Source: Zymomonas mobilis subsp. mobilis ATCC 10988
GTDB taxonomy: Bacteria; Pseudomonadota; Alphaproteobacteria; Sphingomonadales; Sphingomonadaceae
Reading direction: 5' to 3'
DNA length: 32,000 nt
NCBI RefSeq assembly: GCF_000175255.2
Contig: NC_017183.1
Span: forward strand, 284-32,283
The translations under genes and the position numbers were made by a program. The notes under the pieces are model-generated. The model worked only from the letters and a program-made list of their open reading frames with translations. It did not search any database and was not told the DNA's origin. Within the stretch, counting starts at the first letter, position 1. Every line of letters starts with the position of its first letter. Below are positions 1 to 9,124 of the stretch, piece after piece.

Positions 1-76
1 TTGAAAAGACAGCGGATAATGACACGCGGTCTTCTGGTTGAATTTTCTGCCTTCAATTCTGGTTAAACACTCTGGG
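1..76. repeat. Imperfect direct repeat, copy 1 (integrase/att flank); partner at 3908-3983
   Basis: Manual alignment. Shared blocks are GTCTTCTGGTT (29-39 vs 3937-3947) and TGGTTAAACA[C/A]TCTGGG (59-76 vs 3966-3983). Both copies start with TTGAAA..ACAGC. Roughly 70% identity by eye. Confidence 0.6.
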
Positions 77-610
77 TGCGTCAAGCCAAAAGAGAGAAGA
101 GGCCATGTTGGGCGTGAAGCTGGCTCGTTCAAAAAAAGAGGGCAGCCATGCGTCCAAACCAGCGGACATGTTGTGTCGCGGTGGTTTGCAAACCGGTCAG
201 GGGTAGAGCAAAGCTCTCCCCCGTGGACCCTCTCTTGATGTCAGAATGGGAGGGAAGAACGGAAGGTCGACTTTGTGTAGGGCGATCGATAAAATAGGAC
301 ATTTACTCATAAAACAGCCAAGCACCAGCCAATTGATTCAGTTTGAGTGTTCGAACCTACCTAGTCCGCCGATTGCTCTCCATAACCCGATATTGCCGCC
401 GATCACCGCATATCTCGTGCAGTATAGCAAGTTTCATGCTATTGCTTGATAACTGCTTACCCGAGCCGGCAGTACGGCAGCTTTCGACCACCTTTAAGAC
501 ATTTAGATGTGTTGATGTGAGCAACAGCTTATACTGGAGTATGTCACTCGGCTCGCACGAACCGACCGGGCGCAACGCAGAATCAATTTAGTCGAAGGGA
601 AAAATGACAG

Positions 611-2113
611 GTGATCTCGAACTCACGAAAGTCGATTGCTGCCCTTGCCGAAGATTTCATTGCGCTATCTAAGCAAGGCAACAACTGGTCGCATGGAGCC
701 GACGGGATTCAGTTCATGAGGGAGTTCGAACGGCACTCAGACAATCCCGAAGCGGGCGAAGAACTGGTGGCCGCTTTGGAAGAGCGCGGCGACTTGATAC
801 TTTCCCCGCTGGTGGAGTTGGCATTTACCCCGCTCGTCGTTATGCGCCAGCATAGCGTCGGGCACGGGGGATTCCACACCGGTGCGATGGGACGTGGCAG
901 TGCGCGCCTCCGTTGGGTTTACGACTGTGGCGCTTCACGAACCGAGGGACAGCAGAGACTCTCAGAGGAGATCGGCATTTTGGCGGGCGAGCCAGGCGAC
1001 GCGAAGCGGCGCATCGACCTCTTGTTCATTTCGCACTTCGATCGAGATCATATCTCCGGGATCGTGCAGCTGATGTCTGCGCTGGAGGTCGACACGGTCG
1101 TGATCCCGTATCTTGACGATCTCCAGCGTGCGATAATTCTCGCTGGCGAAATAGCGGACCGCGAGGAAGCGGGGGCTAGCGTGGCGCCGGGACTGACCCA
1201 GGCGCTGTTCGACCCGGTCGCTTGGCTGACTGAGTTTGGTGCGAAGTCGGTGATACAGGTTCGCCCGGGGGGACCGGGCTTTGATGGGGCCATGCTTCTG
1301 AGTTACGGCCCCGGCGACGGGCCTGAGTTATCAGAGGACGTCGAAGGTGCGAAGCCTGTACTTGTTCGTCAGAGTGACGATGCGGTCAACGCCGCGGATG
1401 ATCACAGTGTGGTCGACTCTGGTTCGGGTTGGATGGTGACGCATTTCGGTCGCCGGTTCGGGGATTGGTGTTTCCTCCCGTATGTAACGTCGGCTAAGCA
1501 GAGTGCGCGTGACGCGTTCAGAGCGGCGTTTGACGGACTGATCGAGCGCCGAGAGGACGAAAGCATGATAGCTGCCTTCCATCGCAAGATGGAAGAGACA
1601 GACTTTCCGACCAAGGTTAAAGCTACCTACAAAGAGCACGAACTGGGCGACGCGAATGCAGTATCCATGTCGCTCTACGTCGGGCCGTTCCGGGATGAGG
1701 TCTATTTTAGCCGCAAGCCATTGCGGGCAGGCCAGAAAAGACACGAGGCTGGTCCCGGCTGGTTGCTAACGGGCGATGCGAAGCTTGCGCAGGTCGGCAG
1801 GCGCAACGACTGGTGCACTTTTTACAAGCCGTTAAAGAGCCGCATCGGCGCACTGATGCTTCCGCATCACGGCTCTCATCTGAACTTCCACGAGGATATT
1901 CTCGACATCGTGGAAGAGGATTGTCTCCTCTTCGCGTGCAGACGCGCGAAGTTGGGGGACCCCCTGCACGAGAACGTCTGGACGGTCGTTGAGCGCCGAC
2001 CGGTCGCCATCGTATCCGACGACCGCGAGACATCGCTCATGCAGGTTAGCGGAGCCACAGTTCTAAAATATGCTGAGCGAGAGCTCTCAGACTTGGCTAA
2101 GGAATGGTGCTGA
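611..2113 (+). CDS. MBL-fold (ComEC-C-like) metallo-hydrolase, 500 aa, stand-alone
   Basis: GTG start with AAGGGA 10 nt upstream. Motifs VGHGGFH, YDCG, SHFDRDH (HxHxDH-like), LLTGD and LPHHGSH, in the order typical of metallo-beta-lactamase-fold hydrolases. Long GC-rich ORF; the antisense ORFs inside it look like artefacts. Confidence 0.75.
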   Translation: MISNSRKSIAALAEDFIALSKQGNNWSHGADGIQFMREFERHSDNPEAGEELVAALEERGDLILSPLVELAFTPLVVMRQHSVGHGGFHTGAMGRGSARLRWVYDCGASRTEGQQRLSEEIGILAGEPGDAKRRIDLLFISHFDRDHISGIVQLMSALEVDTVVIPYLDDLQRAIILAGEIADREEAGASVAPGLTQALFDPVAWLTEFGAKSVIQVRPGGPGFDGAMLLSYGPGDGPELSEDVEGAKPVLVRQSDDAVNAADDHSVVDSGSGWMVTHFGRRFGDWCFLPYVTSAKQSARDAFRAAFDGLIERREDESMIAAFHRKMEETDFPTKVKATYKEHELGDANAVSMSLYVGPFRDEVYFSRKPLRAGQKRHEAGPGWLLTGDAKLAQVGRRNDWCTFYKPLKSRIGALMLPHHGSHLNFHEDILDIVEEDCLLFACRRAKLGDPLHENVWTVVERRPVAIVSDDRETSLMQVSGATVLKYAERELSDLAKEWC

Positions 2114-2434
2114 CGCCTAGTTAGCCATATGTTTTCCCGAAACTCAGACTATCGCGACGGCAGCCAATTACCGAAGGCGGGCTGAAGAGGGCTATGGCGT
2201 AGACGTAGTTCTCATCCGATTCTGGCGCGCCTCGTCCGCTATCCGCCTTTTCCGGCAGAGCGTCGAATAATTCATGTCAGCTTTCGGGAAACTTTCCCAA
2301 CCGCCTGGATGACCGATATGAGGCGGAAGCGGTCATTAAAGTCAGCTTTAATTCTTTGTTTGTGGGGCAACGGGGGTGGAACTCCCCCTTGCCAGATGTT
2401 GAATGGGTAGCCATTCAACACTGCTGGCTCCCTT

Positions 2435-3796
2435 TTAAATCGTCATGTTTGCAAAGGCTGTGTCTGGGTGGCTTATTGCTTCTATGGTTTGCAGCAAGTT
2501 GGCTGTTGATATGCTGGTCAAATAGGTTGTGGTACCCTGACTTTTGTGGGTAGCTTCATGACCCAGCAGGCGGTCTATCCATACTTCCCGGATGTTGGCA
2601 TCTGCGTTTCTGAGTTGTGTGGAGACGGTGTGCCGGAGAATGAAACGTGATTTCTGCTGGCAGGCCGATATGGGTCTTGAACAATGAGAAAGCTCTGCCA
2701 AGGGCTGCTCCCCTGATACCTTGTTTCGAGGTCTCAATACCGGAAATGAGGTAAGGGACATTCGTGGTCTCTTTCAGTACCAGCACACCAGCTTCAATCA
2801 GTTTTGAATGGACTGGCACAATGCGGGTGCCTGCGTCAGTCTTGGGTGCCCAGCCGGTTTCGGTATGGGGGCGGATAAGAAAGCAAGGGATACCGTCAAC
2901 ACTCTGAAGGTCTTCTTTGCGCAAGACGTAAATCTCGCCCAATCGCATTCCGCTATAAGCTGCAATCAGTGTGACCAGCCGGAAGGTCTGTTCTGGCACG
3001 GACGTGCTATGCCATGAGGCAGAGGCTAGCAAAGCCAGTTCTCTGGCAGTCCAGCTTCTGCGTATGGTCTTTTGCCCATTCTCAAAACTCCAGCCTGTCC
3101 ACGGATTGCGTGTGACCAGTTCCCGCTGGTATAACTGATTCCACAGGGCAGAGAGGCGCATCATGTGGTTCTTGACGCTTTTCTCGCTCAGGGTGGGCAG
3201 ACCTTCCTCTCTGGCTCTCTGAGCATCTTCCTCAAGTGTAAGGCTGCTCTTGCGCTTTCCCAGTGAGGCCGGAAGGGAAAACAGGAGGTCTCGAAACGCT
3301 CCGGCCTTCTCGCCACCAATAATAGATACAAGAGCGTCTCTGAAAGTTTGTAAAAACAACTCTCCCGCCCGTTGTATTGCTTTCTTGGTGTCGGCGCTGG
3401 CATAGGGATTATCCAGCACGAAGCGTTTCAGCGCACCGGAGAGCATTAAAGGTTGGTTTGGCCGTTTTCTTCACTGTCCGGGGTTTGGGGATCGATGCTG
3501 CAACTGGCAAGGACCCCGTTTCCTGAGCAGATGAAGGCAGGTTCACGCTCTGCAAATCCCGCATCCTTCAAGCCTGCTTAAAGCATCCGGTTCAGAGAGG
3601 ACAAGATAGGGCTGGGAGAATAATTCTGTAAGGAGTGATGCCTTTTTGCATGGTAGCCGGTTTTCAGGGAAACCCAGATTTCCCGTCGGCTTAAGGCGGC
3701 TCGCAGGGTAGGGGGAACGATACGGCGAAAGTGGTAAGTGGTGCCTCGGATACGGGGCATAAAATCTTCCCTCAGTGGGGAATGACGATGGAGCAA
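2435..3796 (-). pseudogene. Tyrosine recombinase/integrase, disrupted (copy 1)
   Basis: Three ORF pieces. 3578-3796 carries the N-terminus MPRIRGTTYHFRR. 2556-3446 is the core. 2435-2761 carries RHTVSTQL...LLGH...TTY (catalytic R, H, Y) in another frame. Frameshift near 2636-2640 (FHS|RHT) and a stop/frameshift between 3447 and 3577. Confidence 0.85.
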
Positions 3797-3849
3797 AGAC
3801 AGCCTTTGCCCCTCATTCAGCCGAAAAATCGTGCCATTTCAAGTGTCTG

Positions 3850-3878
3850 TGGTGCGAACTGCGGGACTCGAACCCGCA
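3850..3878 (-). other. tRNA 3'-end fragment (T-arm + acceptor + CCA), att-core-like
   Basis: Reverse complement reads TGCGGGTTCGAGTCCCGCAGTTCGCACCA, i.e. GGTTCGAGTCC T-loop, acceptor 3' strand, then CCA. No matching 5' acceptor strand (GCGAACT) upstream, so this is not a full tRNA. It lies ~90 bp from the integrase start. Confidence 0.6.
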
Positions 3879-3907
3879 TCAACCCACAGTGACACTTTCC
3901 TAACCCT

Positions 3908-3983
3908 TTGAAACAGCAAAAAGAATGCGACGTGCTGTCTTCTGGTTACTGAATTTCCTATATCGTTGGTTAAACAATCTGGG
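3908..3983. repeat. Imperfect direct repeat, copy 2 (partner of 1-76)
   Basis: See copy 1. It lies just outside the tRNA fragment and integrase copy 1. Confidence 0.6.
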
Positions 3984-4282
3984 AAGTATCATGCTGAAAT
4001 TTGTTCAAAAATAAGCCTGCTTCGGCCTTCATCTCGGATATGCAATATTGCGATTTGATTTCTCGAAGTAAATATCTAAAAAATAATGGTTGATAGATGC
4101 GTCGAAAATTCTCATGTTGGGCTATCGTAATCCTAATTACCCTATTAAAGTTCCCATCAACTTTTAACGTCTGGATTATGGTTAATAAAACAGCGGATCA
4201 ATTAAGCGCGGGCTTCATGGAAGACGGTGATACCCATGGCCTTTGCTGCGCATAGCCACTTGTCTAATGGACTGGGGGAATA

Positions 4283-7200
4283 GTGGATACTTTGAATTTT
4301 GGGTTTTTAGGGCCGCACAATAAGCAATTAGTAACCCTTGCAGCTCTTGCAGAGCACTATTTCCCTAGCGATCCCTCTACTGTGATCGTCAAGCTACGCC
4401 AGTTTGCTGAGTTGATGGCCAAGTTAGTCGCTGCTCATCACGCTGTTTATCGTGATGAGCGTGAAACATTTGAAGAAACTCTGCGTCGCTTATCATATGA
4501 CCGCCTGATACCGAAGGAGGTCTCTGATATTTTTCATACTCTTCGGAAGGCCGGAAACAGCGCTATACATGAAGCAAAGGGCGATCATTCCACCGCTCTT
4601 GCCGCGCTAAAATTCGCTTGGTCTCTCAGTATCTGGTTTCATCGGACTTATGATCGAGCACCCAATTTTAAGTCCGGTGCTTTCGTGCCACCGCGAAAGC
4701 CCATCGATGCGATGGTTGCTCTGCGCGAAGAGATTGAAACACTTAGGCAGAAAGTAGCAGATACTGAAGGTGATGCTGCTCGCGCTCGTCTTGAAGCTGA
4801 AGAACAGGCTCAGGCGCGCGAAGCAGTAGAAGAAAGGCTACTGCGAGAGGCCGAGGAGCGTGCCGCCTGGGAGAAGATTGCTCAGGATATTGATGCCGAA
4901 AAGGCCGAGGTCACAAGCAAGCTCACTGCTCTCCAAGCCGAAGCGGAAACCAGTCCTCGTGCCGAGGCTGCTCAATTGGTGGAGCAGGGTAAAAAAGCTG
5001 CGGTAAAAATTGACCTCGACGAGGCAGAAACCCGCGCCCTCATAGATCAGCAACTGCGCGACTGCGGATGGGAAGTCGATACCCAAGATCTTCGATACAG
5101 CAAAGGTATTCGCCCAGCCAAAGGCCGTAATCTCGCTATCGCTGAATGGCCGACCGCAAAAGGGCCTGCTGATTACGCCTTGTTCGTTGGTTCTACGTTG
5201 GTCGGCGTTGTTGAGGCAAAGCGGAAACGGAAAAACGTGTCCGCAGCGATTGATCAGGCTGAGCGCTATTCAATCGCCATTAAGGACAATGCCGATTTTA
5301 GTTATGCAGGTGGTCCTTGGGGTGATTACAAAGTACCATTTGTGTTCAGCGCGAACGGCAGATCCTACCTCAAGCAGATTGAGACAGAGAGCGGGATCTG
5401 GTTCCGTGATACCCGCCGTGCCGCAAACCATCGCCGTGCATTGGTAGACTGGCCGACGCCAGAAGGCCTTACCGGTCAGCTTGAAGTCGATCAGGATGCG
5501 GCCAACGCTGCCCTGAAGGCGCAGCCATTCGAATTCGGTTTTCCGCTGCGGCATTATCAGGAAAGTGCGATTCGCTCAGTTGAATCCGCGCTATCTGCGG
5601 AACAACGCGCCGTCTTGATCGCAATGGCAACCGGCACCGGAAAGACTAAACTCGCTATCGCCATGCTATACCGCTTGCTCTCGGCCAAGCGGTTCCGGCG
5701 CATCTGCTTTGTAGTAGACCGCAGTGCTCTTGGCGATCAGACAGAGGGAGAGTTTTCGACGACCAAAGTCGTATCCGGAAAGACATTCGCGGAAATTTTT
5801 GGCCTTAAAGGGCTGGGAGATGTGACGCCAGATATAGAAACCAAAGTCCATATCTGCACGATTCAAGGCTTAGTGAAGCGTGTGCTGTTTGCTGCTGATG
5901 CTGCGTCTACACCGCCTGTCGACCAATATGACTTGATGGTCATCGATGAATGCCATCGTGGTTATCTGCTTGATCGTGAAATGTCTGATGCTGAGCTGAG
6001 CTTTCGGGGGCAAGATGATTATATCTCCAAATATCGGCGTGTGCTGGACTATTTTGATGCGGTTAAGATTGGCCTGACTGCGACACCTGCGCTGCATACC
6101 ACTGATATTTTTGGTGATCCGGTCTTCACATATTCCTATCGCGAGGCAGTAGTTGATGGTTTCCTAGTCGATCACGAACCACCTATCCGTATCGAAACAG
6201 CTCTGGCGCGGGCAGGCATTAAGTTCGAGAAGGATGAAGAGCTTGAGCAGCTCAATACCCAGACTGGCGAGGTCGATCTGGTCAACGCGCCCGACGAAAT
6301 CAGTTTTGAAGTTGAGGCATTCAACAGGCAGGTTATTACTCCGGAGTTCAATCGCGCTGTTGCAGAGGAGTTGGCGCAGCATATTGATCCGGCACTTCAG
6401 GGTAAGACGCTTATTTTCGCGGCGACCGATGCCCATGCAGACATGGTGGTGAGCGCTATAAAGAAGGCTTTTGCAGAGCAATATGGTGAAATTGATGATG
6501 CTGCGGTGAAGAAAATTACCGGCAGCGTGGACAAGGTAAAAAACTTGATCCGTTCGTTCCGTAACGATGCCACTCCGCAAATCGTTGTAACGGTCGATTT
6601 GCTTACCACAGGCATTGATGTACCAAAAATCACCAACCTTGTGTTCCTGCGTCGCGTGAACAGTCGTATCCTATATGAACAGATGATCGGACGTGCGACG
6701 CGCCTGTGTCCGGAAATAAATAAGGAGGTTTTCCGGATTTTTGATGCGGTTGATCTTTATCCTCATCTTCAGAACGTGACCGACATGAAGCCCGTCGTCG
6801 TTAATCCATCGATTAGTTTCACTCAGCTTGTTCAGGAAATGATGGCAGCGCAGAACGATGAGCAGCGTGAGGTTATTCGAGAACAAATTGCTGTCAAGCT
6901 ACGTCGCCAGATCAAGAAGCTGACCGAGGAAGCAAAGCATCAGTTTGAGGCCATCGCGGGGGAAGCACCGGAGGCGACGTTGCAGAGGGTTATGGCCGGT
7001 GATGCACCGGGCCTTGCTGCATGGCTGAAGGATCGTGTCGCGATTGGCTCCATTCTCGACTGGAAGGATGGTGATGATAATCCCCACTATGTTCCGATTT
7101 CTCACCATGCGGACCAAGTCGTTGCTGTATCGCGTGGTTATGGCAGCGCCACCAAGCCTGAGGATTTTCTAGACAGCTTCACCGCTTTCGTGCGCGACAA

Positions 7201-7660
7201 TATCAACACTATTGCTGCGCTGAAACTTGTCGTGCAGCGCCCCCGCGATCTGACCCGCGCCGATTTGAAGGAATTGCGCCTAGCTCTGGATTCCAAGGGA
7301 TTTTCCGACGCCAACCTGCGTCGTGCTTGGGCGGATGCGCGTAATGAGGAAATAGCCGCGTCCGTCATTGGCTTTGTCCGTCAGGCCGCGCTGGGAGACG
7401 CTCTCGTTCCCTATGAAGATCGCGTGCGGGAAGCTATGTGTGCGATCATGGCGAGCCGCGCATGGACCGACCCGCAGAAGCGCTGGCTCAAGCGGATCGG
7501 CGAACAGATTGAAAAAGAAATTGTCGTAGACCGAGCGGCCATCGATAAAGAGCCATTTATCTCCGATGGCGGCTTCAATCGCCTGAATAAGGTATTCGGC
7601 GGGGAGCTGGAAAATATCCTCGCCGGGATCAATGAAGAATTGTGGAAGAAGATCGCGTAA
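4283..7660 (+). CDS. hsdR: Type I restriction enzyme R subunit (1125 aa) with long N-terminal extension
   Basis: GTG start after GGGGGA. PD-(D/E)xK-like ADYALF...VVEAKRK. Helicase motifs MATGTGKT, VIDECH, LTATP, QMIGRATR. The C-terminal part resembles the EcoEI-type R C-terminal domain (from memory). The stop abuts the hsdM ATG. Confidence 0.95.
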   Translation: MDTLNFGFLGPHNKQLVTLAALAEHYFPSDPSTVIVKLRQFAELMAKLVAAHHAVYRDERETFEETLRRLSYDRLIPKEVSDIFHTLRKAGNSAIHEAKGDHSTALAALKFAWSLSIWFHRTYDRAPNFKSGAFVPPRKPIDAMVALREEIETLRQKVADTEGDAARARLEAEEQAQAREAVEERLLREAEERAAWEKIAQDIDAEKAEVTSKLTALQAEAETSPRAEAAQLVEQGKKAAVKIDLDEAETRALIDQQLRDCGWEVDTQDLRYSKGIRPAKGRNLAIAEWPTAKGPADYALFVGSTLVGVVEAKRKRKNVSAAIDQAERYSIAIKDNADFSYAGGPWGDYKVPFVFSANGRSYLKQIETESGIWFRDTRRAANHRRALVDWPTPEGLTGQLEVDQDAANAALKAQPFEFGFPLRHYQESAIRSVESALSAEQRAVLIAMATGTGKTKLAIAMLYRLLSAKRFRRICFVVDRSALGDQTEGEFSTTKVVSGKTFAEIFGLKGLGDVTPDIETKVHICTIQGLVKRVLFAADAASTPPVDQYDLMVIDECHRGYLLDREMSDAELSFRGQDDYISKYRRVLDYFDAVKIGLTATPALHTTDIFGDPVFTYSYREAVVDGFLVDHEPPIRIETALARAGIKFEKDEELEQLNTQTGEVDLVNAPDEISFEVEAFNRQVITPEFNRAVAEELAQHIDPALQGKTLIFAATDAHADMVVSAIKKAFAEQYGEIDDAAVKKITGSVDKVKNLIRSFRNDATPQIVVTVDLLTTGIDVPKITNLVFLRRVNSRILYEQMIGRATRLCPEINKEVFRIFDAVDLYPHLQNVTDMKPVVVNPSISFTQLVQEMMAAQNDEQREVIREQIAVKLRRQIKKLTEEAKHQFEAIAGEAPEATLQRVMAGDAPGLAAWLKDRVAIGSILDWKDGDDNPHYVPISHHADQVVAVSRGYGSATKPEDFLDSFTAFVRDNINTIAALKLVVQRPRDLTRADLKELRLALDSKGFSDANLRRAWADARNEEIAASVIGFVRQAALGDALVPYEDRVREAMCAIMASRAWTDPQKRWLKRIGEQIEKEIVVDRAAIDKEPFISDGGFNRLNKVFGGELENILAGINEELWKKIA

Positions 7661-9124
7661 ATGAGCACTACTACCGATATCGTCGCCAAGCTCTGGAGCC
7701 TCTGTAACGTCCTGCGTGATGATGGCGTCACTTACAATGAATATGTGACGGAGCTAACCTACCTGCTGTTCCTCAAGATGCTGGAGGAAACCGAGAAGGA
7801 GGCGCGCCTGCCGGAAGAGTGGCGCTGGAGCCTACTTGCCAAACGTGAAGGCCTGGATCAACTCGACTATTACAAGGCGATGTTGCTTGAACTTGGCAAA
7901 GCAAAGGACAAATTGGTCAGCGCCATTTTCATCGACGCCCAAACTCGGCTGCGCAAGCCGACTAACCTCAAGGCCCTGACTTCCAACATCGATCAGCTCG
8001 ATTGGTTTTCTGCCCGTGAAGAAGGGTTAGGCAATCTTTATGAAGGCCTGTTGGAAAAGAACGCATCTGACAAGAAATCCGGTGCTGGACAATATTTCAC
8101 ACCCCGTCCTCTGATCGACTGTATTGTGCGCCTGATGCGGCCTCAGGCGGGGGAAGTGATTCAAGACCCGGCAGCGGGCACAGCGGGTTTCCTCGTCGCA
8201 GCTGATCGTTACATCAAGGACCATACCGACGATCTTTACACATTGACTAAGGAACAGGCTTCCTTCCAACGGCATAACGCCTTCTGTGGTGCGGAATTGG
8301 TGCCAGACACCCACCGCCTGAGCATGATGAATCTGCTGCTGCACGGCATTGAAGGCGGCGTGGAGAATATCGACACGCTCTCACCTGATGGCGAGGCGCT
8401 TCCCAAGGCCAATCTGATCCTGACCAATCCGCCCTTCGGCACGAAGAAAGGCGGGGGACGTCCAACCCGTTCCGATTTCTCGATCACAGCGGATACGTCG
8501 AATAAGCAACTCGCCTTCGTCGAGCATATCGTGCGCGCATTGAGCCCCGGCGGGCGTGCCGCTGTGGTCATTCCAGACAACGTGCTGTTTGAGGATAATA
8601 CTGGCCGCCGCCTGCGTACTTGGCTGATGGATCTGTGCGACATGCACACCATCCTGCGCCTGCCGACTGGCATTTTCTACGCACAAGGGGTCAAGACTAA
8701 CGTGCTGTTCTTCCAGCGTGGCAAGAGCGACAAGGGTAACACCAAGGCGGTCTGGTTCTATGACATGCGGGCGAACATGCCCGCTTTTGGCAAGACCCGC
8801 CCGTTAACCGTTGCCGACTTTGCGGATTTTGAGAAGGCATATGGTGCGGAAGCCAATGGCGGAGCCAAGCGGCGAGATGGCGGAGAGGACAGCCGTTGGC
8901 GCAAGTTCGACCGTGCAGCCATCGCCGAGCGCAACGATAATCTCGACATCAGTTGGCTGCGTGATACCGAGGTAGAAGCTGAAAAAACGCTGACTGAACC
9001 AGAAGACATCGCCGCTGCAATCATCGGCCATCTGAAAGCGGCGCTGGATGAGATCGAGACGCTGTCAGACGAATTGGAACCAGATAGCGTCGAAGAGGCT
9101 GCTTCTGTGGAGGAAGCAGAATGA
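7661..9124 (+). CDS. hsdM: Type I R-M N6-adenine DNA methyltransferase M subunit
   Basis: HsdM-N-like start (KLWSLCNVLRDDG), SAM-binding DPAAGTAGFL, catalytic NPPFG. ATGA overlap with hsdS. Confidence 0.95.
   Translation: MSTTTDIVAKLWSLCNVLRDDGVTYNEYVTELTYLLFLKMLEETEKEARLPEEWRWSLLAKREGLDQLDYYKAMLLELGKAKDKLVSAIFIDAQTRLRKPTNLKALTSNIDQLDWFSAREEGLGNLYEGLLEKNASDKKSGAGQYFTPRPLIDCIVRLMRPQAGEVIQDPAAGTAGFLVAADRYIKDHTDDLYTLTKEQASFQRHNAFCGAELVPDTHRLSMMNLLLHGIEGGVENIDTLSPDGEALPKANLILTNPPFGTKKGGGRPTRSDFSITADTSNKQLAFVEHIVRALSPGGRAAVVIPDNVLFEDNTGRRLRTWLMDLCDMHTILRLPTGIFYAQGVKTNVLFFQRGKSDKGNTKAVWFYDMRANMPAFGKTRPLTVADFADFEKAYGAEANGGAKRRDGGEDSRWRKFDRAAIAERNDNLDISWLRDTEVEAEKTLTEPEDIAAAIIGHLKAALDEIETLSDELEPDSVEEAASVEEAE

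Noticed and set aside
38-591. Four overlapping 66-82-aa ORFs upstream of the MBL gene
   Set aside because: They overlap one another on both strands, and none has an RBS or a recognisable motif. The region more likely holds att-flank and promoter sequence.
3841-3930. Complete tRNA gene on the minus strand
   Set aside because: Only the T-arm, the 3' acceptor strand and CCA are present. No complementary 5' acceptor strand or anticodon arm could be folded from the adjacent sequence. It is called a fragment instead.
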